A stretch of 64,000 nt of DNA from Candidatus Poribacteria bacterium (GCA_963664215.1 OY761014.1), one strand, 5' to 3'; shown: positions 19,761-29,474, numbered from the stretch's first letter. The notes: a model not told the origin generated them from the sequence alone. Translations and numbers: made by a program.

Positions 19761-20009
19761 AATGATCTGGACTGTATGAGTACTAATTTTCAACCGCCGC
19801 CTGCTGATTGCTGGTTCATCCCCAGACCCAGTAAGGTCTTTTACCCAATCGCACCGGACTGCACCCACAAACTCATCTAATCTTTATCTAACCTCGCCCG
19901 AGTGTCTTAGGAAGGTTACGCTCCCGGGGGTGTTGGGTTTCTCTATGTTTTTCTCCGAGGATGGGTATCTGGAAAAGAATGCCGTCTCTTTGTATAGATA
20001 CCGTTTTGC

Positions 20010-20510
20010 TGTTCCCCGTTCAACCCAACCTACCGTCCTTAGAGCGGGTTCGTAGTCGTGCGATTTATCGCACGTTCCTTATCCACTATCTTTGAACCTT
20101 CCATGCTGCCAACTTTACTTGAAGATGAATACTGATAGTAGATTCTGAAAATAAGTTTACACTTGTAGGATATGAGACCGTTGGTTTCCTGTGCCTCCGT
20201 CAGACATACATTCACAAGCTCACATAACGATGTGTGTATAAGTAATTATGGGATCTACTATAATTATCGGTAATAGATGGGAGAACCATGAAGGGTAAGG
20301 GTTGGGAAACTTAGGGAAATACCCTATCAAAAACACCCCTACGCGAATGAGGTTGCTCGTAGGAGTGAGGTTCCCTCGCCCGTTTCATGCGATTTATCGC
20401 ACTTGGATTAGCATCGTCAATTAACGAAGCCGTGTTAACAAGAAAAAGGCACGGTTTTCACACCGCGCCCTTTCCCAATTTGGCAGATGCGGTTTGTAAC
20501 CGCACCGATG
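20010..20510. repeat. Cluster of REP-like palindromes
   Basis: GTAG-led hairpins such as gtagtcgtgcgatttatcgcacg, gtaggagtgaggttccctcgccc and gatgcggtttgtaaccgcacc; related copies near 24730, 24787, 45058, 51031 and 61673. Confidence 0.7.
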
Positions 20511-20542
20511 TTTGTAGCGCAAACTTTATAGGTTGCGTTCAA

Positions 20543-23500
20543 TTATTTCAAAATTACCATCTTGCGCAGTGACGACATGGTGTCCGTCTCTAACTGGTAG
20601 AAATAAATTCCACTCGCCACCTGTTCGCCAAGCGCATTCCGACCATCCCAATACGCCGCCCGTTCCCGATCGGTGTAGTAGCCAGCCGATTGCTGTCCCA
20701 ACTGCAACGTCCGGATGACAACACCCTGAGCGTTATAGATCGTGATACGCACATCCGTGTCCGTCGCTAACTCATACGGTATCCACGTTTCTGGGTTGAA
20801 CGGATTTGGATAGTTCGCCAAGAGCTGCGTTTTCTCTGGACGCGCCATGACGATGAGCTGCTGTAGATACACGAGCGTCCGCATCGCAGCGGGTGACCGG
20901 TCATTGGTTGCGATTAACAGATCAATCTGTTCCTGAAGTCGATCGACTTCAAGTGCGCTGAACTTCGTGCCGAGGAGTTTTGGCGCACCTGCTGCACCGT
21001 TGTCAAGATTCTTGTTGACATCTCTGACATCCTTGGCATCCACCGAACCATCACCGTTCACATCGTATTTCGCAGCCGTGAGTTCGGCTAAGACAGCGAG
21101 GAGGAGTGTATCGACATCCTTGCTATCCACGGCACCGTCGCCATTGACATCATACTTGTTGGCAGCGGTCGTCGAGGTAGAGGGCTTGGCGGGTGTGGCA
21201 TCGGTTGCCGTGTTTGCACCGCCGATCGCCAGTGCTGTGGGTGTCATGAGGCCGGTGACGACATCTTGGTATTTTCCGTTGCTGAGTCCGCGCTGGACCT
21301 TGCCCCAGCCGTTGGTCCAATAGAGTCTGCCATCTGCAGCATCTATCGCCAGTCCATGCACCGTCGCTGTCACGGTATACAGAACTCTGACCCCCGTGCC
21401 ATTGAGGTTCGCCGCCCGGATCCTGCCGCTTCTCGGACTCGGCGTCTCTGTCCAATAGACGTTCTTGGCATCGGCGACAATGCCACCGAGGGGAGCTGCC
21501 CCGATCTTCTGAATGTTTTTGCCACCCTGGAGACTCGCAAACATGACGTTCCCGCCTGCTTCTGTCCAATAGACGTTCCCACCAGAGACGGCAATGTGCA
21601 TCGGATCGGTCCGCGCCGTGATGAAGTTGGTTTCAAACCCCGTCCCATCTACGTTCATCCGCTGGATTTTGCCCCAGCCGTTGGTCAGGTAGAGTTTCTT
21701 ATTGGCGGTGTCAAGTGCCAATCCCATCGGCGCACTCGTCAGCGTCTTTACGACTGTGGCGTTTGACCCATCAAGGTTCGCACTATGGATCGCACCCGTG
21801 CGCTCCGTCTGCTGCTCTATATAGTAAAGTTTCCCGCCAGCTGTATCCACGACGACATCCTTCGCACTCGCAGCGATCTGCGTCGCGTCGCCTGTCGCCT
21901 GACGATATAAGGCACCCCCTGTGATCCAATACATCACGGGACGGTTCGCCGCGGCGACTTTTAGAGTCACATCTGCTGGATCAGGAGTTGTTGTGGTAGG
22001 AGTTGTTGTGGTAGGAGTCGTCGTTGTGGGCGTCGTCGTGGTGGCGGATTCACCGACATCCAGGATGAACGTGACACCCGCTGTAACCTTCGCGGCTTTT
22101 GCCTCAACGATGACATCGCCCTCCGTTGTGGGAGTGAAGTTCACCGTTGCATAGCCATTTCGATCTGTATCCAGTCGGATCGCACGTCCGGAGCCACGAG
22201 CCCCCGCAAACGTGCCGCGTCCCGGATTGAGAACACGGAACGTCACGCCTACACCTGAAACACCCCTGTCGTTCGCATCGAGAACCCTCGCACGGAGCCG
22301 TGTCGCTTCTGCCAACGTGCCGCTGACTTGGCGCGAACCGTCAATCACAATGCTATCTGCGACTCCCGCAGGTCCCGTTGTTGTGGGTGTCGTTGTGGGT
22401 GTCGTTGTGGGTGTCGTTTGCTGGGTCACGGTGAATGTGTAGGAACCATCGTTATATCCCGGGGCCCGGAGCGTCACCAGGTAGGAACCTATCGTGGTCG
22501 GGAGTGTGACGACTGCCGTCCCAGTGCCAGTGCCACTCGTGGTGGTGACAGTTCGAGACACGGCACCGCTGAGAGACACTGTCACAGGGGTGGTGACGAG
22601 ATTACCGCTTGAATCTCGCACCGTCACCTGAATGGTTTGCCCACCGTTTGCAGCGCGGGCACCGACTTCCGTCAGTGAAAGCGAGCCGGGTAGCGTTACG
22701 GTAATGTCCTCTGAATCCTGGCTGTAGCCTATGACACTCGTTGTTGCCGTGAGCGTATACGTGTCTGCCCGTTGCGGTAGCGTGAGAGTGCTTGTCAGAG
22801 GGGTCGGACCACTTGAAGTTGAAAGTGTTGCCCCATCGCTAACGCTCAGCCGAACAAAGATGCCTTCCACGAGATTCCCACCATTCAGTGATGTCACCCG
22901 AACGGTGCGCGTACTCCCTTCGCCCGAAGCGGAAACATTCAGGGTTCCCGTTGTGGGTGTTGGCGTGGGTGTTGGCGTGGGTGTTGGCGTGGGTGTTGGC
23001 GTTGTGACGCGATCACTTCCCGTATATTCAAAAAGGAGTGTCTTTCCGTGCGTCCTGGGATCCTGACCCGCAATCACAGCAATCACTTCGTTGTTGGTTT
23101 TATTCGTCTTAAGATACACATTAGCATCTTTATGTATCGTCAGGTCTGGAACAGGAGTCATGTCCTCCCTATTAGCTGTTCCCACATACAACATGCCGCT
23201 CCCCACAGCAACCTGATAGCGAATCCTCGCATTTTCATCAAGAGTGGCTAGATTGAAGTAATTATCAACACGTTCGACTGACTGCGTGGTGTCTATCTCT
23301 TTCAGATTACCGGTACCAGCATCAGCAAAAGTTAAAACGTGTGTTACAGGAGTGTCTGCTCCTACATAAAGCGTGAAATTAATAGAAGCATCTACTGGGA
23401 CTTGGCCAACCGGATAATCATCATCAATCGTGGCATCTGTAATCGTAATCACATACGTTCCTGCTGTAAGAGGTTCCGTAACCAAAGTAACCGAATTCAT

Positions 23501-24250
23501 CAGTTTTCCAAAGTAAGCGGTTTCGGACATTGTTCCTGTCGCAGCATTATTTAATACAGGGTGATTATCCCTTGTATCTTTAAGCGTAATGACAACGTCC
23601 GTAGCGTCGGCAGCAGGCCCGTTTTTAGAGGTTATGGTTATTTGCTCCTCGTTAAAATCGAACCGATCAGCTTTTGCTATAGCATTCTGCGGAAAAGCCT
23701 TCAACCGCGTGTACTTGTAGGGGTCATTTTCATTTGTATCAGTGGTTGAAGTATCATCCCGAGTACCCGTCCCCGTCCGGGCGTACACAGCCACTCCGCT
23801 ACTTGTAAAAACATAGCCGCTGGTATCAACAAGCGTGAGACTCGATGCAGTTTCAGCCTGATTCGCTTGGTCGGTGTACTGAGGTTGTGCCCCGTTTTTC
23901 AATGTGACCCGGGTACCATCGGAGGGCACATACCCAGGAGTACTATGGATGTTTCGATATGTCCTACCATTCGCTAAGTCCGTAACTTGATATCCAGAAC
24001 TATCAATTCTTATCTGATCAGCCGTTGTATTATGGTCACTCACTCGCTTGTTCTGTGCGTTGTATGCTATAGCCGGTGACTTCAATCCAACAGAAAATTC
24101 TATCTCGAACGTTGAGTTCGCTACCTTTGACTGAACTTGATCAGATACTCGCGTAAGTGTTAGGGCATCCGCAATTCCCCGCACTCCAAATGCCATCACA
24201 AACGCTATCAGCAATCCGAAGACGATTTTTCGCGTGGTTAAGGTGTTCAT
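20543..24250 (-). CDS. Large secreted protein: Ig-like domains, Pro/Thr linkers, YWTD/DUF5050-like propeller, dockerin-like domain, T9SS-type tail
   Basis: Signal peptide; (PT)n and PTTT linkers; YWTE/YWTN repeats; YDVNGDGAVD x2; LLANYPNPFNPETWIPY tail. Confidence 0.9.
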   Translation of the reverse strand: MNTLTTRKIVFGLLIAFVMAFGVRGIADALTLTRVSDQVQSKVANSTFEIEFSVGLKSPAIAYNAQNKRVSDHNTTADQIRIDSSGYQVTDLANGRTYRNIHSTPGYVPSDGTRVTLKNGAQPQYTDQANQAETASSLTLVDTSGYVFTSSGVAVYARTGTGTRDDTSTTDTNENDPYKYTRLKAFPQNAIAKADRFDFNEEQITITSKNGPAADATDVVITLKDTRDNHPVLNNAATGTMSETAYFGKLMNSVTLVTEPLTAGTYVITITDATIDDDYPVGQVPVDASINFTLYVGADTPVTHVLTFADAGTGNLKEIDTTQSVERVDNYFNLATLDENARIRYQVAVGSGMLYVGTANREDMTPVPDLTIHKDANVYLKTNKTNNEVIAVIAGQDPRTHGKTLLFEYTGSDRVTTPTPTPTPTPTPTPTPTTGTLNVSASGEGSTRTVRVTSLNGGNLVEGIFVRLSVSDGATLSTSSGPTPLTSTLTLPQRADTYTLTATTSVIGYSQDSEDITVTLPGSLSLTEVGARAANGGQTIQVTVRDSSGNLVTTPVTVSLSGAVSRTVTTTSGTGTGTAVVTLPTTIGSYLVTLRAPGYNDGSYTFTVTQQTTPTTTPTTTPTTTGPAGVADSIVIDGSRQVSGTLAEATRLRARVLDANDRGVSGVGVTFRVLNPGRGTFAGARGSGRAIRLDTDRNGYATVNFTPTTEGDVIVEAKAAKVTAGVTFILDVGESATTTTPTTTTPTTTTPTTTTPDPADVTLKVAAANRPVMYWITGGALYRQATGDATQIAASAKDVVVDTAGGKLYYIEQQTERTGAIHSANLDGSNATVVKTLTSAPMGLALDTANKKLYLTNGWGKIQRMNVDGTGFETNFITARTDPMHIAVSGGNVYWTEAGGNVMFASLQGGKNIQKIGAAPLGGIVADAKNVYWTETPSPRSGRIRAANLNGTGVRVLYTVTATVHGLAIDAADGRLYWTNGWGKVQRGLSNGKYQDVVTGLMTPTALAIGGANTATDATPAKPSTSTTAANKYDVNGDGAVDSKDVDTLLLAVLAELTAAKYDVNGDGSVDAKDVRDVNKNLDNGAAGAPKLLGTKFSALEVDRLQEQIDLLIATNDRSPAAMRTLVYLQQLIVMARPEKTQLLANYPNPFNPETWIPYELATDTDVRITIYNAQGVVIRTLQLGQQSAGYYTDRERAAYWDGRNALGEQVASGIYFYQLETDTMSSLRKMVILK

Positions 24251-24508
24251 GAAAAAATATACCTCTCTAATGCGTTATCAGTTATCAGTTGTCGGTTATC
24301 CGTTTGATAGTTTTCCGTTAAGGGATGTTGGGGTAACACGCTACCGCGCTTTGGCATTCGCCAAACGAGGGTAGATTGTTACAAACTCGCCTCTTAATTG
24401 ACAACCGAAAGGATTTTCATAGGAAATCCCGGTGAATGCCACACGGCATTCATACCGTTGATGCACCGATAACCAATAACCATGTTAAAAAAGATGTGTC
24501 TACCTTGA

Positions 24509-24604
24509 CCTTGTTTTTAACCGCCTGCTAGGGTGGGCAGGGGGCAGTTCCTGTGTTTTTGGAGAAAGGTGTTACACAGGACCTAGCAGTGCCCCCCAAC
24601 AAGG
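24509..24604 (-). ncRNA. Pseudoknotted 5' leader RNA of the 1235-aa gene
   Basis: Outer stem ccttgtt/aacaagg; P1 ggggggca/tgccccct; P2 ctgctagg/cctagcag crossing P1; internal hairpin tcctgtgt/acacagga. Confidence 0.6.
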
Positions 24605-24613
24605 TATTTTAAT

Positions 24614-24642
24614 AGGATACAACATTTCCCACAAAAAGTCAA
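24614..24642 (-). promoter_or_regulatory. Sigma70 promoter of the leader and 1235-aa gene
   Basis: TTGACT-17-TATCCT with extended TG; predicted start just before the outer stem. Confidence 0.6.
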
Positions 24643-24913
24643 TACTTTTTATATTATAACGTATTAACGCATATATCTCAGAAATGGGTACATTAAAACG
24701 GCACGTGCCGTTAAACTTCCTTTTTCTTCTGTAGGAGGGAACTCCGATTCCCGACTCTTCAAGTCACTTTAGGGGTTTTCTTGGTTCGTAGTCGTGCGAT
24801 TTATCGAACGTTCCCCAATCCTGCCTCCCTTAAAGGTCAATCAGGGTCCATCACAGTTCAGACAACAAAAAAGGCACGGTTCCTACACCGCGCCTCTTAC
24901 TGACAACTGAAAA

Positions 24914-25615
24914 CTATTCTGAGTATGGTTTCACATGCAGTGAGCCCCAGTTCCAATTCCCATCAATGAGTTCAATCCGGGCGTGTTCATCGCTCGTCAG
25001 TGCCGACGCGAGATCATGCCACGCACCCCCAAGCGGAAACGCAACATCGCATTCCACCACACCCGGCGCAATCTGAATAGGGTTTGAAAGTCGGAGTTGT
25101 TTATGAAGTTTCAAAAGCGACCACGTATAGTCAATCGAGGCATCCCACCGCGCACGTTCCCGTTCTATCTCTTTCAACGGGCGACCTCTTCGCTGTTCTG
25201 CTGTATCACACGACAAAGGGACAGAAACATCTCGCAACCGCACCTGACACCGAACAATCGTCTCGATGCCACCGCCAGTCACGTCAGGCCATTTCCCGCC
25301 CGGATGGACACGCACGTTCAAACGGTAATCGCGTGCGGTATCTATGTCATGTTGATATTCGATCTCGGCATAGAACGACGCATCGTCCGATAGAGATGCC
25401 TCCTGTGGTGGGGTGTTTTTGCTTGGGGTTTTTGCTTGGGTCTTTTCTGCGGATTTCCCCAGGTCTCCCAACCCGTTCCCTGATGCCTCTCTCGGCGGTG
25501 GATCCCCAGGCGAGGACGCAAGACTGAACCTTTCGATACTCACCGCTGCCCCGAACCCCAAAAACACGATCCCGAAAATAAAAAGAAATATCCGCAAACT
25601 TAATGGTTTCCGCAC
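24914..25615 (-). CDS. Membrane-anchored protein, possibly divergent thermonuclease (SNase)-like
   Basis: SD ggagga plus GTG; N-terminal TM; VRLRDVSVP...HDLASALTSDEHA loosely matches the SNase pattern. Confidence 0.45.
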   Translation of the reverse strand: MRKPLSLRIFLFIFGIVFLGFGAAVSIERFSLASSPGDPPPREASGNGLGDLGKSAEKTQAKTPSKNTPPQEASLSDDASFYAEIEYQHDIDTARDYRLNVRVHPGGKWPDVTGGGIETIVRCQVRLRDVSVPLSCDTAEQRRGRPLKEIERERARWDASIDYTWSLLKLHKQLRLSNPIQIAPGVVECDVAFPLGGAWHDLASALTSDEHARIELIDGNWNWGSLHVKPYSE

Positions 25616-25740
25616 TGTTCGTCCTCCTCTATACGAGAAATCCTCTTCGTAGCACAAACTTTCCAGTTTGTGTTCTCTTCTAACCAAAATCGTAGCCTGC
25701 AACAACGGCGCAGGGTTTTTGCTTGGGTGTTTCCTCTAGA

Positions 25741-25803
25741 TCTACGGAATGACACATCAAATCCCAAACCCGCCTGACCGAACCGCAAGGTAAAATTAAA
25801 AGT
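25741..25803 (+). repeat. ~65-bp dispersed element (copy 1 of 3)
   Basis: tacggaa..tccc..ccgcct..cgaaccgcaagg.aaaattaaaa; also at 61773-61833 and 63137-63197. Confidence 0.7.
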
Positions 25804-26569
25804 CGTAGTCGAGGGTCCAAAGATTTGCAATTTCCCTCTCAAGGACTCCTCCAAACGTCTGGAAACCGACATCTAACGTGCCAGTGAGTTCCAAGTGCGT
25901 GCCGAGTTCCCAAGACGAGCTCAACGTCGCGATCAACTGATGCACCGCGTCCTCGGCACCCGATAGCTCCGGCATCCCTTGTAACCGCACATGCGCAAAA
26001 GACAGATCAAACTCAGCCTCGATGAGCGCGTTCACAGAATTTCCAGCCGCGATGCTAAGCCCTGTCGGCGCAGGATGTATACCGCTCAGCCCTAAACCCG
26101 CTAACATAGATACATCATATCCGTTATCTTCAAGCGTTTTTAAGGCATTCGGCGGACCGAACACCCCTCCGTTCCTGCCGAAAATACCGAAAGAGACCTG
26201 CGCATCCCCGAACGTCCGACCGAACTTCGCACCGATGTCCGTGGCACGTCCCAAATCGGAGACGCTGTATCCTTTGACGTTCATTTTCGTGAAGATCCCC
26301 GCATCGAAACCCGCGACCGGCACAGAGACTTCCAAATGAGACTTACCGAGAATCTGATCGCCCCCTTGCACTGTCGCATCCAAATCACACTTCGCGGCAC
26401 CCATCTCAAACGGGATGTCCGCAGACGCACCCCATGAGACATCCGGTCCGATCTGGTTCACTGAGAGCCCGATACTCCGATCCGCATCCGCATTCACACT
26501 CAAAAACATCACCAGCGCGAGAAGCAACGCGCCCCACAAACCATTCTTGCGACTGTTCTGAAAAAACAT
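25796..26569 (-). CDS. Exported protein, putative outer-membrane beta-barrel (moron-like)
   Basis: Signal peptide ending VNADA; alternating hydrophobic strands; C-terminal ..LWTLDYDF ending in Phe. Confidence 0.5.
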   Translation of the reverse strand: MFFQNSRKNGLWGALLLALVMFLSVNADADRSIGLSVNQIGPDVSWGASADIPFEMGAAKCDLDATVQGGDQILGKSHLEVSVPVAGFDAGIFTKMNVKGYSVSDLGRATDIGAKFGRTFGDAQVSFGIFGRNGGVFGPPNALKTLEDNGYDVSMLAGLGLSGIHPAPTGLSIAAGNSVNALIEAEFDLSFAHVRLQGMPELSGAEDAVHQLIATLSSSWELGTHLELTGTLDVGFQTFGGVLEREIANLWTLDYDF

Positions 26570-26716
26570 GTGTGTCTCTCCTTCTACTGATTTTTACTGT
26601 AAAAATTATTCCCTGAACTCTGATGACACAGTCAGGGGTACTGGTCCACAATTAGCCTTCTACCTCTATAGGATACCGAGATTTAGAGGCTAAACGGAAG
26701 CGGATTCAACACCCTA

Positions 26717-26763
26717 ATATGCTGATTTACAATACATTCGCAATACATTTCGCTAAAAAGTGG
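26717..26763 (+). repeat. ~50-bp conserved site (copy 1 of 3)
   Basis: ATATGCTGATTTACAATA-N6-CAATA-..-AAAAAGTGG; also at 58200 (+) and 62253-62304 (-). Confidence 0.8.
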
Positions 26764-27010
26764 GTATCTGGTAAAATCTCAAGGAGATGAAGAAGAAGTT
26801 GACCTCAACGACGCTGAGGATATCCACGAAGTGAGTGCCCGCAGTGGGCATTTTACCGCATAGGTGTATCACCACAAACGTCCGCATTCGACGTTAGGAA
26901 ACCATTTGACCCTTGTGGAATTTGAGCAACAAAAACGGTGGTACTTCACTGGATGCATATTATATTTACGTAATAGCGATTTGAATAACTGATAATTCGC
27001 GCGTTTTGTC

Positions 27011-27039
27011 TTGCTAAAAAGCAGGGAAAATGATATAAT
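27011..27039 (+). promoter_or_regulatory. Sigma70 promoter of GIY-YIG cassette 1
   Basis: TTGCTA-17-TATAAT. Confidence 0.75.
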
Positions 27040-27041
27040 AT

Positions 27042-27192
27042 AGGAAGGTAGTGGGAAGGGGGCGTAACCCCTTCCCGATGCCAGAAACAATCAACCAAGT
27101 CACTACACCGGAATCTTGCTTTGGCATTTTCATTTTAACACACTTCCTTTTGAAATGTCAAGCGAGGTCCCTAAACCTACAGGAGCTTGACA
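27042..27192 (+). ncRNA. Conserved pseudoknotted leader of GIY-YIG cassette 1
   Basis: aggaag/cttcct outer stem; gtagtg/cactac; gggaagggg-gcgtaa-ccccttccc; atgcca/tggcat crossing pair; tgtcaagc/gcttgaca hairpin abutting the SD; homologous to 42663-42814. Confidence 0.6.
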
Positions 27193-27194
27193 GT

Positions 27195-27974
27195 ATGGGT
27201 TCTATCTACAAAATCACCAATACAGTGAACGGGAAGTCTTACATCGGTCAAACGATTCACGATGCTGAGAAGACGAGAATACGCCAACATCTCACTAGCA
27301 ATAGCAAAGGCAGCCGACGTATCAAGGACGACATTGAGAAATACGGACAAGACGCTTTCACCTACGAGATACTTCATGATGGCATTCTTCCTGAATTTCT
27401 GAATATGCTTGAGAAGGAAGAGATTGCGAGATTCAACACAGTCTCACCACACGGCTATAATCAGACGAGTGGTGGTGAAGGCGGTTCACTCTCCGAGGAA
27501 ACCCGTCGTAAAATATCTGAGGCTCATAAAGGTAAAAAGTTTTCAGAAGAACACCGTCAGAACATCTCGGAAGCTGCCAAAGGTAGACCTGCTCCTAATA
27601 AGGGTATACCTCACTCTGAAGAAGCCAAACGCAAAATGTCGGAAGTCAAGAAGGGTAGACCTGCTCTCAATAAAGGGGTACCCCATACAAAAGAAGCCAA
27701 ACGTAAAATATCGGAAGCTGCCAAAGGTAGACCTGCTCCTAATAAGGGTATACCTCACTCCAGAGAAACTAAAGAAAAAATCAGTCTTGCGAATAAAGGC
27801 AATCCTGCCCATAATAAAAGCCCTTACTATGAGGACGCACGTCAATTCTTTTCTCTGCTGCCACCTGACATGGATATGACTGAAAAAAGACGTTTACTTT
27901 TAGAAAAATTTTCGGATGTTGTCTATTGGAGTACAATCTACCGTTGGGTTAAAAAGTGGAGTCAGCACGACTAA
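27195..27974 (+). CDS. Free-standing GIY-YIG endonuclease with NUMOD3-like repeats and a C-terminal HTH-like domain
   Basis: SIYKITNTVNGKSYIGQT; GYNQTSGGEG; HSEEAKRKMSE repeats; TIYRWVKKW; SD aggag. Confidence 0.9.
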   Translation: MGSIYKITNTVNGKSYIGQTIHDAEKTRIRQHLTSNSKGSRRIKDDIEKYGQDAFTYEILHDGILPEFLNMLEKEEIARFNTVSPHGYNQTSGGEGGSLSEETRRKISEAHKGKKFSEEHRQNISEAAKGRPAPNKGIPHSEEAKRKMSEVKKGRPALNKGVPHTKEAKRKISEAAKGRPAPNKGIPHSRETKEKISLANKGNPAHNKSPYYEDARQFFSLLPPDMDMTEKRRLLLEKFSDVVYWSTIYRWVKKWSQHD

Positions 27975-27983
27975 AATCATTTC

Positions 27984-29474
27984 CTACTGCTCCGCCACCC
28001 GGAAAGACAAAATTTCTCCTCCCGTCTTATCATCGGTGCGGTACCTCACCGGCACCCGCTCGCCCACAAACGTCGCTGGAAAAATCCGCCAGGGGAATCG
28101 CGATGGCTCCATTGCGTGGACGTGGTTACGGTTCTCCGCACGCCAATACAAAAACTCTTCGGGCGTTTCCAAAAGCGTTTTCCCAGGCACCACCTTCACC
28201 GCATAGTCGATCTCCCATTTATCGCGCGCCGCACCCAGAGGAGCCCCGTAGCCGAGACTGCCCCCCGGTGCTGAAGAAATCTCTCCTTCACGATCTACAA
28301 AGTCGGGGTTGATCTCCGTAAAATCACCGTTCGCATCTATGGAAATCCCAAACTCCAAAAGTAGTATCTCATAGACTTCGACCCCAGCACCTTCAAACTG
28401 CATCCGCACCGATGTCGCCGTGAAATGCGCGTCCAGCAACAATAAATGGTGTTGGAACCCCGCAACCGTCGTAGAGACCGCTGTCCCTTCCCAGTTCGTT
28501 ACCGTCGCCGGCAGGTCCACATCCGTCCACCCGCGACCCGAACCCCCCGTCGGGGTCCCCGAATGCCGAGTCACGCCCTTACACTTCACAAAGACAGCGT
28601 CCACCCGCGTCGGTTGACCGTTCATAGCGATGTTGATGTCATAATCCCTTTTCGTTGAGAACGTCCGGTAATCGTTATCCGCAACTGCACGCAGAATGTT
28701 AGACGCGTTCCCATGCTCGGTCACACGCGCCCCATCCTCGAAATAATTCACGCATTCCTTGAAGAACAGCGCATTGTGAAGGGATGCAATCGGTGTATAC
28801 ACCGTCAGACTGCTGCGCACACTTATACCGAGTGCCGTCCGGGCTCTAACCCCAAAGGTGTATTGCGTGCCACGGTTGAGATCCCGGAAGCTATAGCGCC
28901 GATCGGTTTTACCGGTGTTGACCCAATTGGCAGCGTTTAGGGATGTGCCTTCCGTGATATTGACTTCATAAGCAATAACATCAGGGACAGAATCCCATGT
29001 CATGAAGCCAGCCCTACCACTACTGAAACTCACTTCTAAATCCTGTTCATAGTCGAACCGAACCCGAACCCACCCACCTGTGATATTTGTGGCGATCCCA
29101 ACGCCTATCCAAAAGTAACGTCCCACATCTGCATCCACAACCTCCCCAGAATGCCACATCGCGGTATAGTTATTATTTGACCAATGGGGTCCATCTGACC
29201 ATGGGATCACCGTCCCGTCGCTGTTATTATCCGGAGGCGACCCATCTTTATAGTGAAGCACGCCAGCAGCCCCAGCCGACTGTTGGATATTCGCATCAAT
29301 ACGCAGGTCTCCCAACCCGCGCCCCTGCGTAACTTTCAGCGCAGCACCACCGAAATCAAGCGCGACTAACTCCAAACCGGGAGTCGCGGCGTGCGATTCT
29401 TGTAGGTGATAGGCTTCTGTGGACGCAAGGTTCGCATTCACCGATACGTTCCCAGAATCAAATTGCGTAGCCAT
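27984..29474 (-). CDS. Phage tail-associated protein with an FN3-like domain
   Basis: TWDSVPDVIAYEV...YSFRDLNRGTQYTFGVRA; last gene of the tail module. Confidence 0.65.
   Translation of the reverse strand: MATQFDSGNVSVNANLASTEAYHLQESHAATPGLELVALDFGGAALKVTQGRGLGDLRIDANIQQSAGAAGVLHYKDGSPPDNNSDGTVIPWSDGPHWSNNNYTAMWHSGEVVDADVGRYFWIGVGIATNITGGWVRVRFDYEQDLEVSFSSGRAGFMTWDSVPDVIAYEVNITEGTSLNAANWVNTGKTDRRYSFRDLNRGTQYTFGVRARTALGISVRSSLTVYTPIASLHNALFFKECVNYFEDGARVTEHGNASNILRAVADNDYRTFSTKRDYDINIAMNGQPTRVDAVFVKCKGVTRHSGTPTGGSGRGWTDVDLPATVTNWEGTAVSTTVAGFQHHLLLLDAHFTATSVRMQFEGAGVEVYEILLLEFGISIDANGDFTEINPDFVDREGEISSAPGGSLGYGAPLGAARDKWEIDYAVKVVPGKTLLETPEEFLYWRAENRNHVHAMEPSRFPWRIFPATFVGERVPVRYRTDDKTGGEILSFRVAEQ

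Noticed and set aside
21985-23005. Short tandem repeats (gttgtgggt.., gtgggtgttggc..) as a VNTR or guide array
   Set aside because: They encode in-frame Pro/Thr linkers of the 1235-aa protein.
24700-24914. attL or tRNA integration site at the prophage left end
   Set aside because: Only REP-like repeats are present; no tRNA or unique direct repeat could be identified, and the right end is outside the window.
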